Program-made: the position numbers and the translations under genes
Assembly (NCBI GenBank): GCA_951406725.2
Contig: OX597825.1
Coordinates: 49,662,001 to 49,726,000 of the forward strand
Origin: Octopus vulgaris
Lineage: Eukaryota
Length of the DNA: 64,000 nucleotides
Reading direction: 5' to 3'
In this document: positions 39,633 to 53,630 of the stretch, one piece after another
How positions within the stretch are numbered: position 1 is the first letter of the stretch
Layout: each line of letters opens with the position of its first letter
The notes under the pieces: model-generated
Databases searched by the model: none
Told to the model about the DNA's origin: nothing
What the model saw: only the letters and a program-made list of their open reading frames with translations

Positions 39633-40914
39633 CGAGGGGCGTTCAATAAGTAATGCCCCTGACCCACTTCCCATACCAGCAGAGCAACGAAACTTGGCAG
39701 TTATTAGTCTTTTTCTACATAGGAACCACCCAGAGTTATTCATTTCTCCCATTGTTTAATGCAGCTCTGAAGACCGTTTTTGTAGAAGACCCCAGCTTGG
39801 TCCTCCAATCACGACGTGACTTCAGAAATCAAGACTGCATCATCTGGGAAATGCTTTCCTTTCAAAAACAACTTCATGGCTGGGAAGAGGAGAAAATCAA
39901 AGGGTGCAAGGTCAGGAGAGATGGTGGAGCAGTTCATAGCCGCACGCCTGTGCTTCTGATCTGGCGACACGCGAGTTGTGGATCAGAGCGTTGTCCTGTA
40001 GGAGGAGGATGCCTTTTCTGATCTTGCCCCGCCTCTTGATTTTGATAACTTCTCTTAATTTCCTCAAAAGTAAAGCATAATAGGCTCTTGTAATTGTGGT
40101 ACCCTTTGCCAGGAAATCTGTCATCACTACTCCGCCCTGGGCCCAGAAGACTGTGAGTATGACCTTGGCAGCGGAGGGCTGCCCCCTTGCCTTCTTTGGA
40201 GGAGGTTAGTCACGGTGCTTCCACTGCATTGACTGGGCTTTGATCTCTGGATCATAGTGATGTACCCAGGTTTTATCCTGTGCAATCAGTCTTTTGAAAA
40301 ATTTTGACTCATCTTCTTGGCACATCTCCAAATTCATCCTCGAGCACTCGACACGTTCTTGCTTCTGGAAAGGTGTGAGCAACCTGGGAATCCATCTGGC
40401 AGACACCTTTTGCATATGCAAATGGACATGAATGATACTTTCCACAGACCCTGTACTAATCTTGACTTCATGGGCTATTTGGCGAATAGTTATGCGGTGA
40501 TCTTCCAAAATGGCAGCCTCAACATGACAGACAGATGCCTCATCAATGGCAGAAGGGGGCGACCAGATCTGGCAGCTGTTTCCACAGAGTTCCGACCATG
40601 TTTGAATTCACGATGCCAGCGTTTTACAAGGTCATATAATGGGGCATCATCACCATAAGTTACTTTCATTTCATCAAAAGTCTCCCGTGGTGTGCGTCCT
40701 TTCAAATACAAAAACCGGATCACTGCTCGAGACTCAACTGACTCCATTTCACACTTTACTCAATTCAAACACCTGTAAATCAGAAACCACAATTAGTTCA
40801 GAGCTGTAATTTGCCATTCGATCCATAGAGATATAAATAATTGCACGTGCAAAATTTCAGCTAGATCAAACAACTGCAAGTGGGTCAGAGGCATTACTTA
40901 TTGAACGTCCATCG
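39633..40914 (-). mobile_element. Full-length mariner (1282 bp) with TIRs and TA target duplication; transposase disrupted
   Basis: TA|CGAGGGGCGTTCAATAAGTAATGCC ... GGCATTACTTATTGAACGTCCATCG|TA. Minus-strand pieces: MESVESRAVIRFL, WIPRLL, QDKTWVHHYDP, LLQDNA. Confidence 0.93.
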
Positions 40915-43077
40915 TAAATATACCAGTAAACTTCTCTCTTAAAATACAATTTTCTACCCAAAAGAAATGTTATATTGCTTAATGTAATCTAACAATTATT
41001 ATGCAGAAAACATGGTGGTATGTTCCTGGACGGACGGCTTTGTCATACTTGCTACTAAATAACAATCAGATCTACTCAAACGTAGTTTTTTCACAATAGA
41101 GCTGAGCATTCAATTCTCAGATGTATTTAGGAAACTGTCACATTTATCGTCTCTAATGATTGGAAGTCTTCGGTTTGCACTTCAACACAAGAATGTATAA
41201 TTTTGTTAAATATTTTAGTTAGTGCTTAATATATGCTAATACCACATCGGTGTTTAAATACAGTCTGTATCGCGTATTTAGCATAGGTCAAAAGTAATTC
41301 GGATCCAAGAACTGGAGACAAATGCCAGTCCTTTTCTTCTTATCAGCAGAGTTCTTTAGAAAACTAGGAGCTAAAATAAGTTCAAAAGTCTCATGTAATC
41401 TCAACTAAAATATAATTCGCATTCTATCATCACTGAATATCTGTTTAAATGGTGTTTTTTTTAATATTTTGTTTAGCTTGTATTTACAATATTATACGAA
41501 GTTCAACAATCAATATTTCGTTTCTAATTCATTAGAATTTAAGAAAATAAGTGTTAATTCTTCACATCCCTGGAATTAAATGTTAATAATTTAGATTAAT
41601 CACATGAACTATAAGCAATACTTCCAACTTCATTTATTTCTAATACTTTAATTGAAGTCAAAAATGTGTTATAGTATTATGGATTAAGTCACTTCAAAAA
41701 TATACTGCAGATATAGAAATACAACGTTTCTTTGAAAACATTTTCTATGAAAGTTTCTATAAATATTTTTGGGTTTTTTCTGGCGTCTTTAATTTGAATG
41801 AAATTATAAAAAAGACACGCTTCCACCACAGTAACCTAATGTTATTGTTGTCACCATTTCTATGAAGTAGTGGTTACTGTTACTGAAATTTCTATTTCTT
41901 TTTCTTTGTACAATTAGCAATTTTAGTATGACTTTGAAAGGAAATAATATCCATGTGAATAGCTAGACTACTATACCAATCGCTTATTCTTTCTAACAGA
42001 AGTATACTGAAAAAGAAAGGAAATCTGTGTTAGGTTTTGATGTTGATAAAACTTATCTGAAGTTAGACAGTAGTACTCCATTTTTCAGTTTTAATCTGTA
42101 TAATGAAATAATGGTTCTCTCAAAAAGTGATGATATAAGAAAGCAAAGTGTGAAAATAGCTCTGAAAGCTGGCGCGGTGAAATAAAAGCAGGTTTCTGAA
42201 ATATGCATTAGTTTCTTTGTCTGAGCTTCTCTTTACTATCCTAAACCTTTCCAACTATTATGTCTATATAAGAAATCAATATAAGTATTTGGTAAACGAA
42301 GGGATAAATTCGATTGAATTAACACGGTACACTACGTTTTGTTTGACGCTACTATGATGAAATGAATGAAAATACCGCTTCTGAAAATATTCACAATAAA
42401 CGTGAAACTTTATATGACTGCTACTTTTACTTGGACTTGTGGCTAACATCTTTTTGATTATTCTGAAATTAAAATCTATACCAATTTACTATTCTTTATT
42501 CCACGAGAAAAAAAACTTTTGTATTTTTAATAAAAGCAGTATTCTCTGCAAAGGAATAATCTGACACCGATAAAACGACATGAGACTTATAGCTCCGATC
42601 ATAATTCTGAACGCAGTAATCACTGTTATTAAGAAATGGAAGTTACTCTAATTGAAAGTGATAATCAAAACACAATATGTACTCCGAGAAAAAAAATTCA
42701 TATGCAAAGAAAGAACAAATGTTGTGAGAAAAATAGGGCAGAACTGATTTGTAATTCTACAGCAACAAACTTCCACATTTTATAGTTCAGAAAAATATTT
42801 ACATCAAACGCATTTTTGGATAAACGATATACATTATGGCTGCTCGAAGGATCAACGATATCATACATTATGGCTACTCGAACGACTAGAACGATGACGA
42901 CAACATCAAAAGCAGAAACAATTATTGTTACTTTAATTTAGTTCGGCATAATCTAAACAATCTAGGAATTGCAAGGAAATAGATATTGTTGATAAAATCT
43001 AAAATAAAGAAAAAATTATTTTCTTGAGAGGAAAACACCTATTTTTCTAACATGCGTCCTTCTTCCGATTATATGTA

Positions 43078-43163
<86 letters not shown>

Positions 43164-43329
43164 TAAATATATATATATATACATATATATACACACACAA
43201 ATATATGAATGTTTATATGTAAATATGTGTGTATGTGTATATATATATTAATATGCTATCATGTATGCATGCATTCATATGTACATGTACGTATCTATAT
43301 ATATGTATATATGTACATAAGGAGGTTTT

Positions 43330-44790
43330 CCTTGCGACGTTTCGTTCTTTAGTGCGAAAGCAATTTTGGATAAACGACTAGACCGTACGTGGACAGCCGA
43401 TAGGTGAATTGGGGTGTAAAAGCCCCAGAAACATGCTCGATCGCTTCCAACAAAATGGCAAGTACCGACTAGATTTGCAGAATGCACTGATGTTGACACG
43501 CGCAAACAGTATTGGGTCATCCAGATTGTATTTAGATAGAGTATTCTGTACGTCAGTAGATGGAAATAGAATACGCTGTCAAGAATTCAAAGTCTATGAC
43601 TATACAGACTACAAATCTGTGAAATAGCGTTAGAGGAATCTAGATTAGTGTGTGACAGAGTGAAAACGGTTGCAACCGACGTAGCGACGGCCAGATTAGG
43701 TTCCAAAACAGTTCTCCATTGCCAAGCGCGGTCGTTGTGTTCTGAAAGTTACGATGCATGCTCTAAGAGAATAGGGACTGAAAGACGCTCTATACTAGTG
43801 CTACTCAAATTGGTGGTCCGCGGATCGGTGCCGGTCCTCAAGCCATTAGCTGCCGGTACGCTGCGAATTTCCAGAAAAGAAACATTGTTAAATGCTTATG
43901 TCATTCTGTATTATTTGTTTGCAAAATAAATATAAGATAAAATTAAAATTGCCAATTTTTATCATATTTATTATAGATATTGTTTCTTGTATAAATTAAT
44001 ATTACTAAGAAATATTGCCGGTCCCAGACACATTGGAAAAAAACTGCCAGTACGCCACATCAGATAGTTTGAGATGCACTGCTCTATGCATCCGGGTGCC
44101 GTAGGCGCAACGTGGCAACAAATTTGTTGCCCGAATCCACACAAAATTTCAGCAACACTTTGCCAACCTATACGGAGCGTGCGGTGGGTTGGAAACAGAA
44201 GGTGATTTCATCGTATACCTCAAGGTATGCCTCGCCTTTCGACTACGGATGCGAGGATCGATTAAATGCCAATAACAGTCGAAGGCAAACGTAAATTAAT
44301 GACTAGTTACAAAAGGGAGACTTAAAAAGTCTCCGGGTCTAGATGTTTTGTATTTCGAGCTTCATATTTATATGCTAGACTTGATCAGGGTGACATCGAC
44401 CGCAATTGGAAACAGAACAGAAGAACTTCCAATGCTATGAACAGTGGCCTGGTGGTGTTGCTGAGAAAGGACCCGTACAAGGGTGACCAAATAGAGAATT
44501 TTAGGCCCATGACTCTGCTAAACGCAGATTACAAAGCTTTGAGCAAGGCGTTAGCCAAGATGTTGCCGCTTGTCGTTGACAGAGGGGTCGGTAACACACA
44601 GACATGTGTTACCTCAAACATATTCCTCCTGCACAAACTCCACCACATGCGTTATAACATAGAATGGGTAGGTAAGGAAGCTCGTATGGGTAGGGCCCTG
44701 AACAGATTGCATCAAATGAAACTTTTCGATTAGGTTGACTGCTAATACTTGCAGGTTTTTCAGAGGCTGGATCGACATAGATTAGGTGGA
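43330..44790 (+). mobile_element. Degenerate L1/Tx1-like LINE (APE and RT N-terminal part)
   Basis: SRLYLDRVF (APE) near 43520; FRPMTLLNADYKALSKALA (RT) at 44437-44733. Confidence 0.7.
43796..44081. mobile_element. hAT (Charlie-like) MITE, 286 bp
   Basis: Ends TAGTGCTACTCAAA and TTTGAGATGCACTG; 8-bp TSD CTCTATAC/CTCTATGC; nested in the L1-like fragment. Confidence 0.8.
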
Positions 44791-45169
44791 CATTTATATT
44801 TTAAGAGTGTACTGGTAGGGGTAAGTATCTATTTACCTCTACCAGTACACTCTCAAAATTTCATTCACACCACAAGACACCTTTGAACAGCACATTTATG
44901 TCTCCACACTATTCACTGATATTAACAAAATATGAACTCTTCTCGGAAATTGACAAGAAACATTTCTATCCATTCTACACAGCAATTTCCTTCGATAATG
45001 GAACTTTCTATTTGTACTTCATATATCCATCCTATTCCCAAATAATTCCTTATGTTCCTTATGTTGAATTCTACTATTTCCCTCTTGTTAAATTTCACAC
45101 TGCCTTCGTTTTGTTGTGTCATTTCATTTTACATATATATATATATATATGTGTGTATGTATGTATTTT

Positions 45170-45405
45170 TTTTACTTGTTTCAGTCATTTTACTGCGGCC
45201 ATGCTGGAGCACCGCCTTTAGTCGAGCAAATCGTCCGCAGGACTTATTCTTTGTAAGTCCAGTACTTATTCTATCAGTCTCTTTTCCCGAACCGCTAAGT
45301 GACGGGGACATAAACACACCAGCATCGGTTGTCAAGCAATGACTGAACCCGGAACCACGTGGTTGGTTAGCAAGCTACTTACCACACAGCCACTCCTGCG
45401 CCTAT
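45170..45405 (-). mobile_element. Internally deleted SINE (family of 23987-24447)
   Basis: Minus strand: GGCGCAGGAGTGGCTGTGTGGTAAG head and GGCGGTGCTCCAGCATGGCCGC tail. Confidence 0.85.
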
Positions 45406-46077
45406 GTATGTATATATTATTTAATATATATATGTATGTATGTGTATATGTATGTATGTGCGTGTACGTACATACACACACACACGAACATATGGAAATA
45501 GTTTCTCCTCTAAATATGTTGGAGTTCAATATCCTCGTTACAAACTGCACTAATTCGTATCTTTTATTGATTTAGATTGTCAACGCCCAAGTTTCCGATT
45601 TTGCACGTAAGTTTTTGGGCAATTAATACATATCTGAAAGAGATTTAAAGATGCAGAACAGGAATCAGATATCAAAGAATTTTGTTAAACAATAGTTGTC
45701 AAAATAGCAAGCTATTGTTGAATGCAAGTAATACATTTCAATGTATGTCTCAATACCTTAACTAGAAACAAGAACACAAAAACACACTAGCGAACGTACA
45801 CTAATTCAAACACTCGCATATAAATGTATATACACAGACAGAACACCCACCCACAAACATATACGTATGTACATATAATCATGTTTAAGAAAGGCGAATA
45901 TAAGGCAGATGTCGACTTATTCAGTCGAAATAGGTTTTAAACCAATATTACTCGCTATTGTGTACAGATTTGTTCGCCTGAAATTTACCATGGCAAAAAA
46001 GAATTATTCCTCTTTCTCTATGTTAATAAATTCTTATGACAACACACACACATATACACACACACACACATACACAT

Positions 46078-46110
<33 letters not shown>

Positions 46111-46189
46111 CATATACATACATACACAAACACACACACACACACATATATATATGCATACATGCATACGTACACTTATATGTACATTA

Positions 46190-46761
46190 TTAATAAAACT
46201 GCAAAGACATCACAAAAACTGTTACTCAGAGTTTCACGTTTCTGTTCGTTGGAAAATTTTTGTTGAGAATGGAATTAAAATACCGTTATATGTTTTAAAT
46301 ATATAATTACGTTGATAGATACATATTTGAAATTTGTTTCGTTGGCCCTTTCAACTAACGGTTTTTTCAATAACCGGTTATATGAAATTAAAATTACGAT
46401 TTAAAATTATATTATTTAAAATCTAAGAAAGCCTTGAGTCAAAAATTAGCTATAGTAGAAGGGGAAAAATTTGTATTCCCAAGATAAATTAAGCAATGGT
46501 AAAATGAATAAAGATTTATGTCTGTTTACAATAAAAATATTCACTTAGAAAGAGCTAAGATCATAAAAATGCATATACATTTACTTATACATACACATAC
46601 ATATATGCACTAAACATACAACAGATGATACATGCCTACATACATATACAACCAAATACAGGCTATATAAATATGATATAAATATATATATATATATATA
46701 TATACATATATGTAAGTATGTATGTATATATATATCTATATATCTATATTTCTATCCAGCA

Positions 46762-46831
<70 letters not shown>

Positions 46832-47157
46832 TAATGTATATATACGTATCTACGTACATATATATACACACATAATGGGTCTTCGTGCGCATTTCTAAAT
46901 GTTAAACTTTGTGGAGAAATGAAAAGAAGAAAAGTGCTGGGAGAAAGGAAAACGTAACCGAAAGAGAAAATACAATGAGAAAAAACAGATATATATTTAC
47001 AGAGAAATGATTTAGAAGTTGGCATTCCCAAACAATATCTAAAAAATGTTAGATACAAAAGACATGCATATCTACATAAATACATATATATATATATACA
47101 ATAGTAACACACATGTAGACACGCATACAAATATACAAATAAACACACACACACACT

Positions 47158-47227
<70 letters not shown>

Positions 47228-48420
47228 CATGCATATATTCACACCAAGATAGGCTTTCTTGAATGTCGTATGTAAAATATGAAGGCAAACTATATAACAT
47301 CATTGTACTACTAAAGGATATCTATATTTTAGGTGTAAAAACCAAATTCAAATGCGGAAGGTAAAAATAAGTTACACATATAATATTTTTTCATTTGACA
47401 TTTTGAACCTCATAGCGGGCCAGCAAGAATTAAAAAACTCACGTGTTTTGTTCAATACATGTTTATCCTGGAACTGGACAAAATTTTGTTAGTGAGGCAC
47501 AAATTGCATCTCATTAGTCGTATATATGCTCAATGTTTATATGTTTCTGCCTTCTCCAAAATCGTCCAGCTGATGAGCATCATTTTCTTTCAATTGCCAA
47601 ACATGTTTTGCAAGACTTGCTGTCCTATTTTCAGGATATCGAAAAGAAATTTGGTGGGAATAAAACCTAGGCTTCAAGGATTTTCCGAAGTTTCTGTATA
47701 TGTTTTGTATTCTTGTGAGACATGTATATGTTCTTTAGCTCCATAAACTATTCCTTTCTCAAAACATTTTCCTCCTAATGAACAGCAACTCTAATCTTCG
47801 AAATTGTAATTCTTCTGGTTAAATTCGGCACTGTGGTTGCGGGCAAAGTCTTTGCAACAAGAATAACTAACTTTCAGCGTTCTCCTATTAAAAATATAGA
47901 AAGTATGGCTAGCTTGAAAATGCTTAGAAACTAGTTTTAAGTATTCCCTACCTAAATTTGCTTTAACGTCATTGTTAAATACCGGATTAACCCACAAAAC
48001 TTTCTTACTTGTAGTTGTACGTGTTCTATTATTGCTACAAGTAGTTTGACTATACTAAATCTTCTCTGAGAATCCACTGTTCCTTACTTCAATATTAAAA
48101 TACAGCGCAGCAGTTTGATACGCTATCTCCTCTGAAGATATGGATGATATGCGCCTTCCTATATATTACTAACTAGACTCTTAAGAATTACAGGTGGGTA
48201 ATTTGACACTTTGTTAATATAAAATAGCTTTTCATTGAGTGTACGGTAGGTTTTTAATTTATCTAATTGCAGATCTAAGTTAATATCTAAAAACAAAAAC
48301 TACATTATTAAGGTTACTCTCTATCGTTATCTGTAAGGCCATTTTTTGTAAGAAAGTAATATTCTTCCTAAGTCTATCTAATTCATGGAAGTTTAAGTCA
48401 CCGCTGACTATAAGACCGTC
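46190..48420 (-). mobile_element. Degenerate Nematis-like PLE: ORF remnant 47350-48420, 3' UTR/pLTR interrupted by microsatellites
   Basis: VNPVFNNDVKANLGREYLKLVSKHF..FNRRTLKVSYSCC is homologous to 56.6 kb; 46190-46380 matches 58490-58680, including a decayed hammerhead. Confidence 0.8.
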
Positions 48421-48465
48421 ATATATATATATATATATATGTGTGTGTGTATATATATATATATA

Positions 48466-48517
<52 letters not shown>

Positions 48518-48801
48518 CAGCAATTGAGGGTAAAATTAATTAATTATTAATCAATTTCACCAAGTGTTCAGTATGCAAAGGGACCATTTAAGGCGAATTC
48601 AAATTATTACATTATATAAAAGGGCTTAGTAAAATAAATTACTTCGCCGCATACTGAACTCATTAGAAATAGCAGCTAAAAAACTTTTTTAAAGCTATTT
48701 CTAATACTTAAAGAAAATCTCTCTCATATATAGCGTTTGCTTAATTCAACTCACAAAAGTTTGGGGGTAAGGGCATTAAAAAATCAAATGCTAAGGTTAT
48801 T

Positions 48802-48853
48802 TGAGTACGTACGTTTCAAGATTAGTCAAAGCAACATTTCTCTCTTCAGCTCA
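48802..48853 (-). ncRNA. Minimal type I hammerhead ribozyme, copy 1
   Basis: Minus strand: TGAG CTGAAGA GAGA-loop-TCTT GAAA CGTACG TA CTCA; canonical core, GUA site. Confidence 0.85.
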
Positions 48854-49346
48854 TAAATTCCTTGGTTTGGATTTGGAAACACTGAAAGTAAGAACTTACC
48901 CTTTCGAAGATCCGCTCTCAACTACCAGTGCCAACGAATCCAAATAAGCAAGTGAATCATTTCTGCTCTCCCCTTTCCACCAGCGTGGGTTAAAATCATC
49001 AAACGCTATGCTTATTTCGGTAAAATCCGAAGCATTAATTAGAGGGAGATTAATTATAATTTCAGCAATTGAGGGTAAAATTAATTAATTATTAATCAAT
49101 TTCACCAAGTGTTCAGTATGCAAAGGGACCATTTAAGGCGAATTCAAATTATTACATTATATAAAAGGGCTTAGTAAAATAAATTACTTCGCCGCATACT
49201 GAACTCATTAGAAATAGCAGCTAAAAAACTTTTTTAAAGCTATTTCTAATACTTAAAGAAAATCTCTCTCATATATAGCGTTTGCTTAATTCAACTCACA
49301 AAAGTTTGGGGGTAAGGGCATTAAAAAATCAAATGCTAAGGTTATT

Positions 49347-49398
49347 TGAGTACGTACGTTTCAAGATTAGTCAAAGCAACATTTCTCTCTTCAGCTCA
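49347..49398 (-). ncRNA. Minimal type I hammerhead ribozyme, copy 2
   Basis: Identical to copy 1, offset +545. Confidence 0.85.
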
Positions 49399-49891
49399 TA
49401 AATTCCTTGGTTTGGATTTGGAAACACTGAAAGTAAGAACTTACCCTTTCGAAGATCCGCTCTCAACTACCAGTGCCAACGAATCCAAATAAGCAAGTGA
49501 ATCATTTCTGCTCTCCCCTTTCCACCAGCGTGGGTTAAAATCATCAAACGCTATGCTTATTTCGGTAAAATCCGAAGCATTAATTAGAGGGAGATTAATT
49601 ATAATTTCAGCAATTGAGGGTAAAATTAATTAATTATTAATCAATTTCACCAAGTGTTCAGTATGCAAAGGGACCATTTAAGGCGAATTCAAATTATTAC
49701 ATTATATAAAAGGGCTTAGTAAAATAAATTACTTCGCCGCATACTGAACTCATTAGAAATAGCAGCTAAAAAACTTTTTTAAAGCTATTTCTAATACTTA
49801 AAGAAAATCTCTCTCATATATAGCGTTTGCTTAATTCAACTCACAAAAGTTTGGGGGTAAGGGCATTAAAAAATCAAATGCTAAGGTTATT

Positions 49892-49943
49892 TGAGTACGT
49901 ACGTTTCAAGATTAGTCAAAGCAACATTTCTCTCTTCAGCTCA
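49892..49943 (-). ncRNA. Minimal type I hammerhead ribozyme, copy 3
   Basis: Identical to copy 1, offset +1090. Confidence 0.85.
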
Positions 49944-50092
49944 TAAATTCCTTGGTTTGGATTTGGAAACACTGAAAGTAAGAACTTACCCTTTCGAAGA
50001 TCCGCTCTCAACTACCAGTGCCAACGAATCCAAATAAGCAAGTGAATCATTTCTGCTATATATATATATGTGTGTGTGTGTATATATATATA

Positions 50093-50126
<34 letters not shown>

Positions 50127-50217
50127 ATACATATATATATACATATATATATATATACTTATATATATTTATATATAAGTATATATATATATATATATAA
50201 GTATATATATGTATATA

Positions 50218-50257
<40 letters not shown>

Positions 50258-50373
50258 TACAATATACACATGTAAAAATGGAAGGAAACAAAACTTTACA
50301 CTATCATACATTCATACAAACACAGATCGAAATATTAATTTCATGGTATACACACACACACAAATAAACATGC

Positions 50374-50407
<34 letters not shown>

Positions 50408-50419
50408 ATGTGTGTGTGT

Positions 50420-50677
50420 GGAGGCGCAATGGCCCAGTGGTTAGGGCAGCGGACTCGCGGTCGTAGGATCGCGGTTTCGATTCCCAGGCCGGGCGTTGTG
50501 TGTGTTTATTGAGCGAAAACACCTAAAAACTCCACGAGGCTCCGGCAGGGGGTGGTGATCCCTGCTGTACTCTTTCACCACTCTTTCTTCTGTTGGCGTC
50601 ATTCGAAGGCTAAAACAATGCGAACGCATTGTGACCAGCGATGTGCAACAACATCTGAGTGTCTGGTCGGTCACGTG
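50420..50677 (+). mobile_element. tRNA-derived SINE
   Basis: TGGCCCAGTGG A-box, GTTTCGATTCC B-box; homologous to 30065-30360. Confidence 0.85.
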
Positions 50678-50715
<38 letters not shown>

Positions 50716-53364
50716 CTTCCCTCCGGCTAGTACCACTTGACATTTTTTACTATAATGTATTCAACCTAAGACAGGGATGAACACCTTCTCATCACAAATA
50801 ATGCGATATACTTGGCATCTGTTGCAAATTAAACAAAATCGATAAAACCACAGTAGAATAATTAACATATATAGGTAAAATTCTAAATGGATAAAATACA
50901 TTTCAGAAAAAATTGAATTAGTAAATTTGGATTTCTAGACCACTTACTGAGGTTATAAGTTATTACTACAAGCTACATAAAAAGTATCAACTCACACATG
51001 AGCAACTGATTATCAGTTAAGTCCGATTTATACATTAGTCCATTAAAAGTATTGCATGTGTAAGTTTCGTTGTGTATGTATATATCTACACACACTTGCA
51101 TACATATTCACATATATGAACTTACTTAATTTTTAATCAAAAGAATATATGAGTGTCCGTGTGTGTGCATGGGGGCATGTCTACATATATATGAATGTAT
51201 CTATGTGTCTATGTATATATGCCTCTACATGTGCACATGCACACATACATTTATATAGATAGACACACACACTCGCACACACCCATACACACATACATGC
51301 ATACATACATATATACGTACATACATATATTGCGTTAACTGGTAATTTCTCCGTTTTTGTGTTTCATCAACTATTTCAACAAATTTGCAAATGATATGTT
51401 CTTCTTCGTTGTTCTGGATATCACGCCGACATTTCACTAGTAAATATCACCTTGTGTTGACTGTATGAATTCATCAAGCTACATTTTCTGCTAGGCAGTG
51501 TTTTCTTTGAATATGCAGATGGCACACACTAGAATATCTCTGAGAAAATATTAGCTTGGGATACGGATAGCCATCCGCTTCTTCAACCCGGAGGATGTAT
51601 CTTTATGGACCTTCTTAGAGTACCATGTGAAGTGGAATGTGGAGGATATTACGGTGAAATGCACTATTCGCAAACTTCCATTCACATATATACAAATGCC
51701 ACATATATACAAATGCCACTTTCATAAAAGGAACAAACATTGCAAAGGAATTTATTGCAAGTTAAGCCATAAAAGAATTGTAATGTTAAAAATTCAAGAA
51801 TATATCCTGATTTTAAGACTTATCAAACGTGAGCGCCTCTGTTGGAGTAACGAGTGTACTGCACGTATCTCCGCCGAATCCTTACCAATGTTAACCTTTT
51901 AACGATTTCGGATTCGGGCATTGATATTTTGTCTGGGCAAACCAAGTTAAATCTCACTTCGTTTAACTAATAAAGGATTTAGAAGTCCGAAATCGAAATG
52001 AAAAGTAAAATATGTGCACCACTGTTCTTGCCGTGAGTTGGCTTATTTCTGTTTCATGTCATTTCCAAACTTCTCGTTTAGTATATTAACTACAGCAACC
52101 GCAAACTTAAAAACGGGGAATTAATTCAATATTAGACTACATCCACTCCATGTTATCAAGCAATTCTTTATTTTGTTTAAGAAAAAATATCAAAATAAGA
52201 TTGTTCATGTAGACACATCCACATCACTATAAATATATATATTCATAATTACATATGTAAATATAAACTTACAAGAAAGTCGAAACCTAAACACATGAAA
52301 ATATACATAGTCAAAGTAAATACGTACGTAGACGCATTCACATAATATATATGTTTGAATATATATCTATGCACGTGTGTTCGTGTGTGGGGGTTTGTGT
52401 GTGAGTGTGTGTATGTGTGTGTGTGTGGTGTCTGTGTGCGCATAGATTGTTGGTGTTTACATTTGTTACATATTTGAAAAATTCATCTATTTACTGCACA
52501 AAATACTAATAAATCACAAGAAAGTTTCCTTTACTCAGGTAATTTTCTATATTGAATTTTCATTGATTTCCAATATAAAATGTTGAAATATCTTGATTTT
52601 GTAATGATCACTTTTTTGTCAATGACGCGTTTTTTAAATAATTTAAAAAAGAATACAAATCGAAAAAGCTTTCAGCGTTTTTTGCTTTTCTGCTTTTCAT
52701 CAGCGCAATACAAATAACACAACCATCAGCATTGTGATTTATCGTTTCGTTTTTCTTTCTGACTCTCAATAGCAGTAGCAGAATAGATTGTATGCACTGC
52801 CGCTTTCAAAATAAATTGTTAATATATGTTGTTTCATTGCAAATTCTTTAGAGAATCAGGCTTACAAATGAATACATTTTCTCTGGTGTACGTTCTTATA
52901 TAACCATGTCTGCTAGAAAGAACAATGGTTTGGCTTATTTTATAATGGCTGACAAGTGAGTTCAGATTGAAAATTGATTATCAACTTCAGTCAGTGAGAG
53001 CACTGATAGATAAATGGGTATTTCATTTACAGATTGAATATGCCTGTACAGATTAGTCTGATAAAATTTGGTCGTAATTGTGTATTTGATTTGCTGATCT
53101 ATATTAAACGGAGATTTAATCCGACTGAATATGTTGGTCAATAGGATGATACTTCCTTTTCAAGTTGTAAATTTTTATTTCAAATTTTATTTTCAACAAT
53201 ATTTGCATGCCAATTTTCTACGCAGGCATATCTTTGTAGTATCCAACTGACGTACTAGTGAGTTGGATGTTTTACACACAGCTTTGAAGGAATTTCTTTC
53301 CTTAGTTTGTTAATTTATATATTCTGCTATTGTATTATACGGTTTTTCGCTGGTATAAGGGAGA

Positions 53365-53605
53365 AATTACCTATTGACATTGGAAGACATTCCGGTCCCA
53401 CCTAAGAAGTACTTTATTAAGGACCTTATTACTAAGACTTTTGATTTCATACATAGAATTCGTTGGAACACTCTTCACCAAGGAAGGGATATTCTTAAAG
53501 GACGAAGACTACGAAATTTATAAGAAAATCTTCAAAACCAGACAATTTCTGTCACTTAACCGCCATTTGGAGGCTTTTGAGACGGATATATGGAATACTA
53601 ACTTT
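53365..53605 (+). mobile_element. N-terminal fragment of a Nematis-like PLE ORF
   Basis: EDIPVPPKKYFIKDLITKTFDFIHRIRW...FKTRQF...LEAFETDIW resembles PLE N-termini. Confidence 0.5.
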
Positions 53606-53630
53606 AAATTGTTATTATTATTATTATTAT

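Larger units (their letters stand above)
48511..50057 (-). repeat. Tandem array of 545-bp hammerhead-containing units (about 2.8 copies), retrozyme-like
   Basis: Unit starts at 48511, 49056 and 49601; copies look identical; flanked by (TA)n on both sides. Confidence 0.95.

Noticed and set aside
48560-48665. SECIS element or second hammerhead (minus-strand CTAATGA + 11-bp stem)
   Set aside because: There is no opposing GA quartet, the core lacks G5, GAAA is displaced by 7 nt, and ATGA is absent in the 60.68-kb homologue.
50420-50495. tRNA gene (also 23987, 28350-28420, 30290-30360)
   Set aside because: A/B boxes are followed by SINE bodies and present as diverged copies; I could not draw a convincing cloverleaf.
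51400-52020. Tc1/mariner-like remnant (SPLLNP..SLW-like peptide)
   Set aside because: Too degenerate, and no TIRs found.
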